Notes: generated by a model from the sequence alone, not told the origin. A stretch of DNA of 64,000 nt from Candidatus Pacearchaeota archaeon (GCA_038885615.1 JAVZZP010000002.1:698-64697); one strand, 5' to 3'; positions 45,876 through 56,246 are shown, numbered from the stretch's first letter. Translations and numbers: made by a program.

Positions 45876-48119
45876 ATGTTTAAGGATAAATCTTTATTTT
45901 CAACGGAAATAATCAGAAAAGAAGGTGAAAATATTCTTTATATTAATTTTATTGGTTTAGAATTTACTCCCTCTCTTGTAAACTCTCCCGAGATAATGGC
46001 AAGAGTCATCGATATTTTATCGCAAAACCCGAATGTTTCTAGAATGGTCTTTGTTTCTTACAAAAATTATAATTTTAATTTTGAGCAAGTTAACATGCTT
46101 TTAGAATTGGCGGATTTTTATAACTTTTTAATGCAAAAAGAAAAGATTCTCTCGAGTAAAAAGCTTTCATTAGTAAAAGATCCTCAAAGAGCTTTTAATT
46201 TTTTATCTGATTTTTTAATAAATCGTCTTAAACAAGATCCTGTTTTGGCATTTAAGTTATTAGAAGAGGAAATGAATTTTGTTGAAAAATTTGATGAGAA
46301 TTATTTTAATCTTTTAGACGGAATACATGAAAAATTTTCCAAACTAAAGCTAATTACAGTACTTGGAAATTATATTTATGATAGTTCTTTTAAGGGAAGA
46401 GAAATTTACTCAAAAATTTTTTATCCAGAGATAACTCCAAATTTCATTTTTTCCAGGGTTTTGTCAAAAATTCCTTCAGAATCAGAAATAGTAGATGAAT
46501 ATTCTATAGGAACTAATTTTGATAGGAGCATTGTTACCATAATAAAAGATAAGGAAAGTGCAAGATATGTTTATCATTTGTCTTGTCCCGAATATTCTCT
46601 GAAGGAAAGTTATCAGATTTTGCTTCTATCCGCTAAAAAGGTTTTATCAGAACATAAACCAACAACAGAAGAGTTTAACGATTTTGAAAGAACGAGACAG
46701 GTTTTTTTCAATGTTGCTAAAGATTTGTTAAGAGATTTATCTTCTTCTCAGGGAATTCCAATAAATAGTTCTGACATGGATCTTTTAGCTTCTATTCTTG
46801 TTAGAAATACTATTGGTTTTGGCATATTAGAGATAATACTGCAAGATGAGAATGTTCAAGACATTTTGATAAACTCCCCCACTTCAGCCTCTCCCGTTTT
46901 TATAAAACACAATAATTTTGATGAATGCTCTTCAAATATTTTTGTTTCTTACGAAGACGTAGAATCTTGGGCAGCAAAATTTAGGATGCTCTCTGGAAGG
47001 GCATTAGACGAGGCACACCCTATTTTAGATTGCTCTTTAAATTTAGAAAAAGCAAGTGCGAGGGTCGCGATTGTCCAGCAGCCTCTTTCCTCTTCAGGAA
47101 TATCTTACTCTTTAAGAAGACATAGGGATAAGCCATGGACTTTGCCTCTTTTTATAAAAAATAAGACTATAAATGGTCTTTGTGCGGGTTTGCTCTCTTT
47201 TTTAGTTGATGGTGCTAGAACGATGCTTGTTGCTGGGGCAAGGAGTTCAGGAAAGACATCTTTGCTTGGTAGTTTGATGATAGAAATCATGCCAAAGTAT
47301 AGAATAATTACAGTTGAAGATACTATCGAACTACCGGTTTTACCAATGAAAAGATTAGGGTATGACATATTGTCTATGAAAGTAAGAAGCGCTTTGACAG
47401 GAGAATCCAATGAGGTCTCAGCAGAAGAAGGAATTAGGGCCTCTTTAAGGTTGGGCGATTCGGCACTTATTGTCGGTGAAATAAGAAGCGAAGAAGCAAA
47501 ATCTTTGTATGAGGCGATGAGGGTTGGTGCTTTAGCAAACGTTGTAGCAGGTACAATTCATGGTGTTTCTCCATATGGAGTATTTGACAGAGTTGTAAAT
47601 GACCTCAATGTTCCTATCACTAGCTTTAAGGCTACGGATTGTATAATTATTGTAAATCCTATAAAAACTCCCGATGGTATGAGATCTATGAGAAGATTGC
47701 TTCAATTGACAGAAGTAAGAAAACATTGGAACAAAGATCCTTTAGATGAAGGCGGTTTTGTTGATTTAATGAAATATGACGTTGAAAAAGACCAACTGCT
47801 TCCTTCGGATGATTTAATTAACGGGGATTCTGAGATAATAAAATCAATAGCTTCAAATGTCAAGGGGTGGGCTGGAAAGTGGGATGCAGTATGGGAGAAT
47901 ATTTTATTAAGACAAAAAATAAAAGAGGAATTAGTTTCTTTATCAGAAAAAACAAAAATAAATGATTTTTTAGAAGCGGAGTTTGTTGTTAAATCAAATA
48001 ATGAATTCCATGAGATTTCCCAAAAAGTAAGAGAAGAACTTGGTTCTTTGTCTTCGGAAGATATTTTTTCAAGATGGAAAGAGTGGCTTGAAAAAGAGGC
48101 TAAAAAGTTTAATCTTTAA
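45876..48119 (+). CDS. type IV pilus/archaellum-family assembly ATPase (FlaI/TadA/VirB11 superfamily) with long N-terminal domain
   Basis: Walker A GARSSGKTS, FlaI-type RIITVEDTIEL, His-box LIVGEIRSEEA. Confidence 0.8.
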   Translation: MFKDKSLFSTEIIRKEGENILYINFIGLEFTPSLVNSPEIMARVIDILSQNPNVSRMVFVSYKNYNFNFEQVNMLLELADFYNFLMQKEKILSSKKLSLVKDPQRAFNFLSDFLINRLKQDPVLAFKLLEEEMNFVEKFDENYFNLLDGIHEKFSKLKLITVLGNYIYDSSFKGREIYSKIFYPEITPNFIFSRVLSKIPSESEIVDEYSIGTNFDRSIVTIIKDKESARYVYHLSCPEYSLKESYQILLLSAKKVLSEHKPTTEEFNDFERTRQVFFNVAKDLLRDLSSSQGIPINSSDMDLLASILVRNTIGFGILEIILQDENVQDILINSPTSASPVFIKHNNFDECSSNIFVSYEDVESWAAKFRMLSGRALDEAHPILDCSLNLEKASARVAIVQQPLSSSGISYSLRRHRDKPWTLPLFIKNKTINGLCAGLLSFLVDGARTMLVAGARSSGKTSLLGSLMIEIMPKYRIITVEDTIELPVLPMKRLGYDILSMKVRSALTGESNEVSAEEGIRASLRLGDSALIVGEIRSEEAKSLYEAMRVGALANVVAGTIHGVSPYGVFDRVVNDLNVPITSFKATDCIIIVNPIKTPDGMRSMRRLLQLTEVRKHWNKDPLDEGGFVDLMKYDVEKDQLLPSDDLINGDSEIIKSIASNVKGWAGKWDAVWENILLRQKIKEELVSLSEKTKINDFLEAEFVVKSNNEFHEISQKVREELGSLSSEDIFSRWKEWLEKEAKKFNL

Positions 48120-48143
48120 TAGAAGAATTTATTAAGCTGTTTT

Positions 48144-50354
48144 TTGTCTTATCTTAAAAGAGGGAAGATGGATTCAAAAGAATTGATCAGGGCCTATGAA
48201 AATAGGTTAAGTGAGGAGATTAATAATTTTAGTAATGAAGGATATAGTACAAGTTATAAAGAATTTCTGAAAAGTTATGAGGTGCCTTTGTCTTCTTATG
48301 AAAGATGGTGCAAGGCCTTAGGAAACATTGTTAAACTAAACCCCTCTAAAAAAGAAGAAGAAAAAATTCAAAAATTCATTCAACAAGCGCATTTAAATAT
48401 AACTCCTTCAGAAGCACTTTCTTTTTCTTTTATGTCTTTTTTTGTTATTTTCATCTTAGGGTTTTTTTTGGTTTTGGGTTATTGGTATCTTTTTACCAGT
48501 GGAAATTTTGACGATTTTCCTTTCGGGGTTTTTCTTCTTATTTTGTTTTGTTCTATATTTATTTTTTATTTTACTTATGGAATGCCTGAGAGATTGGCTT
48601 TTTTGTGGAGATTAAAGGCAAGCACTCAGATGGTGCCTGCTGTTCTATACACCGTTATATACATGAAGAATACTTCTAATTTTGAGAAAGCTATCGCTTT
48701 TGCTGCGCAACATTTGGATCCACCTCTTGCTTTGGATTTTAAAAAAATATTTTGGAATGTGGAAGTAGGAAAATATAAAAATGTCAAGGAGAGCGTTGAT
48801 GCCTATTTAGAAGAGACATGGAGAGGATATTCTTTAGAATTTATAGAGGCCTTTCAGCTAATTGAGTCTAGTTTGTATGAGCCAAATGAAGAAAGGAGAA
48901 TTTCTTTTTTGGAAAGGGCTTTGCAAGTTATTTTAGACGGAGTTTATGACAGAATGTTAAGATACACACATGAAGTAAAATCTCCTTTGACAAACATTTA
49001 TATGTTAGGGATTATTTTGCCTACACTTTCTTTGGCGATAATTCCTTTGGCTTCGGCGATGCTTCAGGGCTTTATTAAAGCAGCACATTTGTTTTTTTTG
49101 TTTAATGTTATTGTGCCTTTTGGGGTTTTTTATTTGACCTGGAATGTTATAAGCAAGAGACCTGGTGGTTATGGAAATAGCTCTTATTTAGAAAAAAATC
49201 CTTTGTACTATAAGTATATCGATAAATCTGCTTATGTCAAGGCTTTCTTTTTAGTTTTTCCTTTATTGTTAATAGGTTTTATTCCATTAATTTTTATGCA
49301 TACTCCTCTTTACGAGTGGATTGGTCTAGAAAGCAGAGAAATTCTCTTAGAGAAAATAGGATTAGGTTTTTTTGGAAAAAATACAGGAGTTTTTGGTTTT
49401 ATAAATACAAGCGAGGGTTTTAAAGGACCATTTAGTTTTATTTCAGTTATCTTTTCTTTGTTTATACCTCTTTCTATTGCATTGTTTTTTATTACTGCTT
49501 TTAAAATAAGAACAGAAGAACTTATCAGAGAAAGAAAGCGTTATAAAGAAGTTGAAGAGAGTTTTACTTCTTCTTTATTTCAATTAGGCAACAGGCTTGG
49601 AGATGGTATGCCTGCAGAAATTGCATTTGGTAAGGTTGCAGAAACCTCTAAAGGAAGTTCTTCAGAGGGATTTTTTTTAGCAGTAGAACAGAATATAACT
49701 TCTTTGGGGATGTCAGTTAGAGATGCAATATTTGATGAAAATCGTGGTGCGATTATATTTTACCCTTCTTCTTTGATTGCTATTTCTATGAAAATAATGG
49801 TTGAATCAGTAAGAAAAGGATTGCAGATTGCAGCTAGAAGTTTGTTGTCTATAGCAGAATATGTAAAGAATATGAAGAAAGTTACAGATAGGATGAAAGA
49901 TTTATTGGCAGATATTGTTTCAGATATGAAATCAAATATGACTTTTTTAGCTCCCTTGCTTTCAGGAATTATTATAGGGCTTTCTGTTATGATTACTTCA
50001 ATTTTGTTAATACTTAAAAATTTTACTTCAGTTGTTGGCGGTGAGGCAGGAAATATCGGGAGTTTTGGTGAGGGCGGTCTAGCCAGCATTATTAAGATGT
50101 TTAATGTTGAGGAAATGATTCCACCTTTTTGGTTGCAGATTATCATAGGAATTTATCTTATTCAAATAATATTTATTTTAACATCTACTTTAGTTGCTAT
50201 TAGTGAAGGAGAAGATGATTTGGAAAGAACTTATCAAACTGCAAAAAATCTTCAAACAGGAATTACTCTTTATTTTGTTATTGCTTTAATTTCAATTTTA
50301 ATCTTGTCCTTTGTTGGGGCAGTTGTTTTAAAAGGAGTTTTAAGTGAGGGATAG
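48144..50354 (+). CDS. polytopic membrane platform protein (FlaJ/TadC-like, T2SS-F family)
   Basis: 736 aa, at least 8 TMs in two clusters; immediately downstream of the ATPase. Confidence 0.55.
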   Translation: MSYLKRGKMDSKELIRAYENRLSEEINNFSNEGYSTSYKEFLKSYEVPLSSYERWCKALGNIVKLNPSKKEEEKIQKFIQQAHLNITPSEALSFSFMSFFVIFILGFFLVLGYWYLFTSGNFDDFPFGVFLLILFCSIFIFYFTYGMPERLAFLWRLKASTQMVPAVLYTVIYMKNTSNFEKAIAFAAQHLDPPLALDFKKIFWNVEVGKYKNVKESVDAYLEETWRGYSLEFIEAFQLIESSLYEPNEERRISFLERALQVILDGVYDRMLRYTHEVKSPLTNIYMLGIILPTLSLAIIPLASAMLQGFIKAAHLFFLFNVIVPFGVFYLTWNVISKRPGGYGNSSYLEKNPLYYKYIDKSAYVKAFFLVFPLLLIGFIPLIFMHTPLYEWIGLESREILLEKIGLGFFGKNTGVFGFINTSEGFKGPFSFISVIFSLFIPLSIALFFITAFKIRTEELIRERKRYKEVEESFTSSLFQLGNRLGDGMPAEIAFGKVAETSKGSSSEGFFLAVEQNITSLGMSVRDAIFDENRGAIIFYPSSLIAISMKIMVESVRKGLQIAARSLLSIAEYVKNMKKVTDRMKDLLADIVSDMKSNMTFLAPLLSGIIIGLSVMITSILLILKNFTSVVGGEAGNIGSFGEGGLASIIKMFNVEEMIPPFWLQIIIGIYLIQIIFILTSTLVAISEGEDDLERTYQTAKNLQTGITLYFVIALISILILSFVGAVVLKGVLSEG

Positions 50355-50499
50355 CAAAAACTATTTAAACTTTTTTTTTATTTTAACTTTATGGATTATG
50401 GCATTCCAGAAAAGAGGAGAACAAAAAAGGATTTGAAGTTAAAGAGAAAATATAGAGTTTATAAAAAAGGCGGTCAATTCAGAGATCAAAATATAAATA

Positions 50500-51315
50500 A
50501 TGGAAGCTGAAATTTTTTTCTTTATTTTAGTTTTGCTCTTCATTGCTTCTTTGCAGGATTTTAAAAGAAGAGAGATTGATGTTTGGTTGAACTTATTTAT
50601 TTTCTTTTGTGGTCTTTCTTTTGTTATCTTCAAATCATTTTTTTACAATGAAGTTGCATATTTAGTCAATTTTTCTTTTTTGTTAGTTTTTGTTTTTATT
50701 TTAGCTCATTTAATTTATTTTGGAAAAGTTTTTGCTGGCGGAGATTGTTCTTTGCTTTTTTGTCTTTCTCCTTTTTTCGTATCAATAGACTTTTTTAGTA
50801 GTTTTAAGAATTTCTTATTTTTTTTTGTAGTACTTTTTGCTTTGGGTTCTTTTTATGGTTTTTTTTGGAGTTTTTCTCTTTTTGTTAAGAATTTTGCATT
50901 TGTAAGAAAAAAATTGTTTTCTGGTAGGGTTTTAATCTCCTCGGCTTTTATTTTTCTTTTTTTATTTTTGTCCTTCTTTTTTAAAGAGTTTATTTTTATT
51001 TTTTTTATCGGATTTTTTTTATTTTTTAGTTATTTATTTTTAAAGTTGGAAAAAGAGCTTTTTATCAAGGAAGTTTTAACGAAGGATTTAAGAGAAGGAG
51101 ATTGGCTTGAAAAAGATTTGAGGGTCAATGGAAAAATTATTAAAAGCACATTTGATGGTCTTTCAAAAAAAGATATTTACTTTTTAAGAAATAACTTAAG
51201 AAAGGTTAAGATAAAAGACGGAATTCCCTATGGTTTTGCTTTTTTTCTTGCCTGGATAGCCTATTACTTTTTAGATTTTATTATGGAATTCTTGGTTTCA
51301 AAATTGGTAATCTAG
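50500..51315 (+). CDS. prepilin/preflagellin peptidase (FlaK/PibD family, A24-like aspartyl protease)
   Basis: ASLQDFKRREID (cf. FlaK ASVQDFRSREIE) and AGGD second catalytic Asp motif; multi-TM. Confidence 0.7.
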   Translation: MEAEIFFFILVLLFIASLQDFKRREIDVWLNLFIFFCGLSFVIFKSFFYNEVAYLVNFSFLLVFVFILAHLIYFGKVFAGGDCSLLFCLSPFFVSIDFFSSFKNFLFFFVVLFALGSFYGFFWSFSLFVKNFAFVRKKLFSGRVLISSAFIFLFLFLSFFFKEFIFIFFIGFFLFFSYLFLKLEKELFIKEVLTKDLREGDWLEKDLRVNGKIIKSTFDGLSKKDIYFLRNNLRKVKIKDGIPYGFAFFLAWIAYYFLDFIMEFLVSKLVI

Positions 51316-51892
51316 ATTTTTCAGAAGTTTTTTTTTGAGGATTTTTATTCTTTTGTTTTTTTTCAATTTTAAGCTCTTCTTGAATTTTTTTAAGCTCTTC
51401 TTCAGAAGCCCTTTTTCTTTCTTTTTCATTTCCATAAATTGGTATGACTTCTATTAGAGAATGCCCCATTAATTTTGTGGGATTGATTTTTATTTCTTTT
51501 GGTTTGTATTTCTTTTTTATTTTTGAGAAAATTTTCTTTGCTATTGAAAATGTAGTTTGTGGTATTTTTTCTATTTCTAGGTGTTTTTTAGGAATAACTA
51601 ATGAATGTCCTTCACTTAAAGGATTTATTTCAAGAACGGCAATGTTTTCTTTATCTTCATATAATATAAAAGAGGGGATTTTTTTGTTTGTTATATTACA
51701 AAAAATACAATGGGAAGATTCTTGCGTTTGTTGTTCATTATACATTTCGTTTTGTTTTAGAAAAACTTCAAGCTCTTGCTTGTTCATTGAAAGAATTTTT
51801 TCTTTTATAAAATCTCTTTTGTCCTCTGGGAAATTTTTCAACTGAGACAGAAGTTGCTCTTTTATTTGTTTTTCTTGTTCGTCTGTTAGCAT
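51281..51892 (-). CDS. HIT-like fold protein with degenerate triad and K/E-rich tail
   Basis: CIFCNI and EGHSLVIPKKH as in HIT proteins, but triad reads GHSLIEV. Confidence 0.4.
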   Translation of the reverse strand: MLTDEQEKQIKEQLLSQLKNFPEDKRDFIKEKILSMNKQELEVFLKQNEMYNEQQTQESSHCIFCNITNKKIPSFILYEDKENIAVLEINPLSEGHSLVIPKKHLEIEKIPQTTFSIAKKIFSKIKKKYKPKEIKINPTKLMGHSLIEVIPIYGNEKERKRASEEELKKIQEELKIEKKQKNKNPQKKTSEKSRLPILKPRIP

Positions 51893-51934
51893 AAAATAAA
51901 TAGGGCATTTGTGGTTTTAAACTTATTGTTAGTT

Positions 51935-52228
51935 CTATTCTAACGCCCTTCTATAATCAACAACATCAACAGAAGAAATTCCTTTTATATTCCTTAGAGA
52001 ATCTTCCAAAGGAGAGGATTCTTCATTTTCATCAAGCATAATTACACTATTAAGAGATTTTAATCCAAAAGCAATTGGTTGTTCGCTTATTGAAAGAAGC
52101 TTCCCCTTATTTTTTTCTGCTGTTTCTTTTATTTTTTCTTTTAACTCTTCGAGGTTGGAACTAGGGCTCTCGGGCATTATTTTATAGGTTATTAACACTT
52201 TTCCCATTTTAAGGACCTTTAAAACCAC
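51935..52228 (-). CDS. elongation factor 1-beta (aEF-1beta); probable true start MGKVL at about 52207
   Basis: KIMPESPSSNLEELKEKIK...EQPIAFGLKSL...ISSVDVV matches aEF-1beta. Confidence 0.85.
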   Translation of the reverse strand: MVLKVLKMGKVLITYKIMPESPSSNLEELKEKIKETAEKNKGKLLSISEQPIAFGLKSLNSVIMLDENEESSPLEDSLRNIKGISSVDVVDYRRALE

Positions 52229-52358
52229 ATTTTTTACATTTGTATTCTATTGAAAGGCCGCGACATCTCATACACCGGACTATTTTGTTATCGCATTTCG
52301 GGCACTCAAAAATAACTACTTCTGTTCCTTCATAATTACATGAGTCGCATTTTACCAT
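52209..52358 (-). CDS. Zn-ribbon protein (49 aa, COG2888-like translation-associated), not in ORF track
   Basis: Hand translation MVKCDSCNYEGTEVVIFECPKCDNKIVRCMRCRGLSIEYKCKKCGFKGP; conserved neighbour of aEF-1beta in archaea. Confidence 0.5.
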   Translation of the reverse strand: MVKCDSCNYEGTEVVIFECPKCDNKIVRCMRCRGLSIEYKCKKCGFKGP

Positions 52359-52434
52359 AAAGAAATTTTTTTAAGATAGTTTATAAATGTTATTGTTCAA
52401 CAATATTTAAAAACTCTTCTTTTTTAGGAGTGAT

Positions 52435-53361
52435 ATGCAAAATTATAATCTTCTTTTAAAAAGAATTTCTTCCCAAACAGGGATTTCTGAAGAAGAGATA
52501 GAGAAAAAAATTGAGATGAAAATAGCTAAACTTTCTGGCTTAATTTCTAAGGAAGGCGCGGCCCAGATTGTTGCTAGTGAGTTGGGGGTTAATTTTGAAA
52601 ATATTGACTTAAAAATAGCTGAACTAATGCCCGGAATGAAGAAAGTAAATTTGCTTGTCAAAGTAGTAAAGATTTTTCCAGTAAGGGTTTTTAATAAGAA
52701 TGGGAGAGAAGGAAAAGTTGCTAATCTCATAGTTGCGGATGATAGTGGTTCCGGGAGAGTTGTTTTATGGGATGCAAACCATATAAAGCTAGTAGAAGAC
52801 GGAGAAATAAAAGAAGAAGATACAATTGAAATAAAAAATGCCTCCATAAGAGATTCTGAAATTCATTTAGCTTCTTTTTCAAACATAAAAAAAAGTTCTT
52901 TGTTAATCAATGAAGTAAAGATAAACATGGCCCCCATAGAAAAAAAGATTTTAGAATTAAAGCAAGGAGATAATGTTAAATTAAGAGGAACCGCGGTCCA
53001 AATTTTCCCCCCTAGATTCTTTTTTGTTTGTCCAGAATGTAAAAGAAAAGTTGTAAAAACAGAAGAAGGTTTTTTTTGTGACAAGCACGGAAAAATTAAT
53101 CCAACAGAAAGATCCTTGATTAGCTTTGTTTTAGACGACGGAACAGATAATATAAGGGTTATTTTGTTTTCTGAAAACTTATCAAAGATAGCGGATGAGG
53201 AAGAATTAAAAAATGAAGAAGGATTTAACAGGTTTAAAGAAAACTTTTTAGGGGAGGAACTAGAGATTTCTGGTTTTGTTAAAAAAAATATCTTGAGTGG
53301 CAGTTTAGAGGTCAGTTCAAATACTATAGGTTTTTTAGATTTAGACAAAATTTTATCTTAG
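52435..53361 (+). CDS. RPA-like single-stranded DNA-binding protein (OB folds + Zn ribbon)
   Basis: Two OB-fold-like segments, CPECKRKV...CDKHG zinc ribbon. Confidence 0.65.
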   Translation: MQNYNLLLKRISSQTGISEEEIEKKIEMKIAKLSGLISKEGAAQIVASELGVNFENIDLKIAELMPGMKKVNLLVKVVKIFPVRVFNKNGREGKVANLIVADDSGSGRVVLWDANHIKLVEDGEIKEEDTIEIKNASIRDSEIHLASFSNIKKSSLLINEVKINMAPIEKKILELKQGDNVKLRGTAVQIFPPRFFFVCPECKRKVVKTEEGFFCDKHGKINPTERSLISFVLDDGTDNIRVILFSENLSKIADEEELKNEEGFNRFKENFLGEELEISGFVKKNILSGSLEVSSNTIGFLDLDKILS

Positions 53362-54326
53362 TTTTTTTTGTGGGTAATTATGCTTATGGTTGAATAAAGA
53401 ATTAAAGGCCCAATTAATATTCCAAAAATTCCAAATAATTTTATACCTCCAAGAACCCCCAAAAACATTATAATCGGGTTTATTTTTGATTTTTTTGAAG
53501 CTATCGCATTTCTTAAAAAACTATCTATAGGGTACGATATTATTATTCCGTAGATTAAAATTAGAAAAGAGAAAAGATAGTTCCCTAATAACAAATTATA
53601 AACAAATGAAGGAAGCCAAACTACTGCAGGGCCCAAGATAGGAACAAAAGCAAGAAAGAAAATAATTACGGAGAGAGATAAGGAATATTTAAAACCCAAT
53701 AAACTGAAAAAAATGAAGGAAAAGACGCTTTCTATTACTGCAATTATTAGTGATGTTTTTGTTATAGAATCAAAAATTTCTTTAGTTTTATAAAAAATTT
53801 CTTCTTTGTTCTCGAAGGGAAGAATCTCATAGAATTCTTTTTCAATTTTTTCCCAATATACAAGAATAAAATAGCTAAATAAAAAGATGAGTATTATATT
53901 GATGAACTCTTTAATCAGAGCAAATAAGATTTTAGATAAAAAAACTATAGCTTGTTCGGCATAATTTTCTATTGTTGACGTAATATCTAGAGAAATATTA
54001 TATGATTTTGCTTTCCAATTAATTTTTTCAAATATTTCTTCTAGAGTTTTTTCTTCAATTAAGTTGTTTATTTGAGAATAAACTGTTTGTCCAATAAAAA
54101 AAATGACTATAGAAAGAATTGCGGCGGATAATAAAATGCAAATTAGTGAACTAACATTAGGGTTAATTTTTCCAGAGAGTTTTTTATGCAGGGGCAATAA
54201 GATGTAAGCCAATACAAAAGATGAGAGGGTTGCTGCTATAAAATCTTTTATAATAAGATAACTATAAAATAAAAGGATAAGGGAGAATCCTAAAAATAAA
54301 ATCTTATTTAGCTCTTTTTTTTCCAT
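53358..54326 (-). CDS. AI-2E/UPF0118-family membrane transporter
   Basis: 8 TMs, C-terminal LGVLGGIKLFGIFGILIGPLIL signature. Confidence 0.55.
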   Translation of the reverse strand: MEKKELNKILFLGFSLILLFYSYLIIKDFIAATLSSFVLAYILLPLHKKLSGKINPNVSSLICILLSAAILSIVIFFIGQTVYSQINNLIEEKTLEEIFEKINWKAKSYNISLDITSTIENYAEQAIVFLSKILFALIKEFINIILIFLFSYFILVYWEKIEKEFYEILPFENKEEIFYKTKEIFDSITKTSLIIAVIESVFSFIFFSLLGFKYSLSLSVIIFFLAFVPILGPAVVWLPSFVYNLLLGNYLFSFLILIYGIIISYPIDSFLRNAIASKKSKINPIIMFLGVLGGIKLFGIFGILIGPLILYSTISIITHKKN

Positions 54327-54338
54327 TATTTTTTTAAT

Positions 54339-54833
54339 TTGTCAAAGTTTTTAAAGTTTGTTTATTTTTCTAGTGATATGTTGTTTAGAACACATTTTGT
54401 ATTTTCACTTTTTATTTTTTTGATTAGTTTTAGAAATTTCGACAATTTATTTTTGTTTTCTTTATTTTTTCTTTTTGCAGTTCTTTTTGTTGATGTTGAT
54501 TCAAAAGATAGCAAAATGGGAAAAATTTTATTTTTTAGACCTCTTCAACTTTTTTTAAAACACAGGGGTGTTTTTCATAGTTTGTTTTTTTGTTTTGTTT
54601 TATATTTCTTATTTTATTTTTTAGTCGGGGAGAGTGCTGCTTTTGGTTTTTTTCTAGGTTTTTCAAGCCATCTCATTTTAGATTGTTTAACACTGCAAGG
54701 GGTTATGCTTTTTTGGCCAATTTCTAAAAAACGGATTAAGGGGTTTTTTAAAACAGGCGGAATTTCCGAACAGATTTTGTTTTCTTTTTTTCTTTTGTTT
54801 GATATTTATCTCGTCGGCAAAATCTTTTTTTAA
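54339..54833 (+). CDS. membrane-bound metal-dependent hydrolase (DUF457/YdjM-like)
   Basis: THFVFS...VDVDSKD...HRGVFHSL...SHLILDCLTLQGVMLFWP. Confidence 0.55.
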   Translation: MSKFLKFVYFSSDMLFRTHFVFSLFIFLISFRNFDNLFLFSLFFLFAVLFVDVDSKDSKMGKILFFRPLQLFLKHRGVFHSLFFCFVLYFLFYFLVGESAAFGFFLGFSSHLILDCLTLQGVMLFWPISKKRIKGFFKTGGISEQILFSFFLLFDIYLVGKIFF

Positions 54834-54886
54834 CCTCTATTTTAAAGAATATAAAAGTTTATAAAATACTCCAAGGTGTTCTTTTT

Positions 54887-55924
54887 ATGGCAGAAGATCT
54901 TGAAAAAATAAAAGAAGCTCTTTCTGATGAAGAAAAATCGAAGAAAAAAAAGAAAAAAGAGGAAGATGAGCCAAAATTAACTGATGTTCCAGGGATCGGT
55001 CCAGGAACTGTTGCTAAGCTTGAAGCAGCTGGAATTTATGACTTAATGGGGCTGGCTGTTTTGGGGCCGTCTGAGTTGGCAGAGCTTGCTGGTTTGGGGG
55101 AAGCGAGTGCAAGAAAAGCAATTCAGGCAGCAAGAAAAATGATGAATTTGGGTTTTTCAGATGGCCTTGAATTTTCTGAAAAAAGAAAAGAGATTTTTTA
55201 TATTACTACTGGAAGTAAAAACCTAGATAACCTTCTGGGTGGAAGAGGAATTGAAACAAAAGCAATAACAGAGGCATACGGAGCATTTGGCAGTGGGAAG
55301 ACACAACTTGGTTTGTCTCTTGCTGTCAATGTTCAATTGCCTGTTGAAAAAGGAGGAGCAAATGGAAAGGCAGTTTTTATAGACACTGAGGGAACATTTA
55401 GACCTGAAAGAATAAAACAACTAGCAGAAAGGTATGGAGCAAATCCTGATAAAGTTTTAAAAAATATTTTGGTTGCAAGAGCTTTTAATTCAGATCATCA
55501 GATTTTGTTGCTTGATAAGGTTAATGAATTAATAAAAGATGGCGAGCCAATAAGATTGATTATTGTTGATTCTTTGACAGCGCATTTCAGGGCAGAGTTT
55601 TCTGGGAGAGGGCAATTAGCAGATAGGCAACAAAGATTAAATAAATATTTGCATCAACTTTTAAAATTAGCTGAGCAACATAATTTGGCCGTTTATGTTA
55701 CAAATCAGGTTATGGCAGATCCTGCGCAAATGTTTGGGGATCCGACAAAAGCAGTAGGAGGAAATATTGTTGCACACGCTTCAACTTATAGAATTTATTT
55801 AAGAAGAGGGAAAAAAGATACAAGAGTTGCTAAATTAATAGATTCTCCTAATTTGCCTGATAACGAGACTGTTTTTGCAGTTGATACACAAGGTTTGAAA
55901 GATGTTGAAGGCGTTGGGGAATAG
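54887..55924 (+). CDS. radA: RadA recombinase
   Basis: N-terminal HhH (LTDVPGIGPGTVAKLEAAG), Walker A GAFGSGKTQ, FIDTEGTFRPERI. Confidence 0.9.
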   Translation: MAEDLEKIKEALSDEEKSKKKKKKEEDEPKLTDVPGIGPGTVAKLEAAGIYDLMGLAVLGPSELAELAGLGEASARKAIQAARKMMNLGFSDGLEFSEKRKEIFYITTGSKNLDNLLGGRGIETKAITEAYGAFGSGKTQLGLSLAVNVQLPVEKGGANGKAVFIDTEGTFRPERIKQLAERYGANPDKVLKNILVARAFNSDHQILLLDKVNELIKDGEPIRLIIVDSLTAHFRAEFSGRGQLADRQQRLNKYLHQLLKLAEQHNLAVYVTNQVMADPAQMFGDPTKAVGGNIVAHASTYRIYLRRGKKDTRVAKLIDSPNLPDNETVFAVDTQGLKDVEGVGE

Positions 55925-56246
55925 TTTTGTCAAGGAGCATACTTATAGGTGATAAATTTTGTGCAACATATAACTTCTAAAAGAGCTAATGGTTAACTTT
56001 TAATGATTTTTTATTTTTAAAAACTGGTTTTTTGATTTCAATATTATTTATTAAGTGTTGTTTTTTGTTTTATATACCCTTGTTAATGTTTGCTGATATC
56101 TTATATTTTTGGCATATAATTTGGCTTTAAAAATGAGCGGAAGGAAAGCTTTCTTCTGCAGAAAAGCCAATTTTTTGATAAGCTTATTAGTTTTTTAGGG
56201 CGGAAAAGCTTATAACTTTTTTTATTAAGAATAAGGAGGTTAGTTA

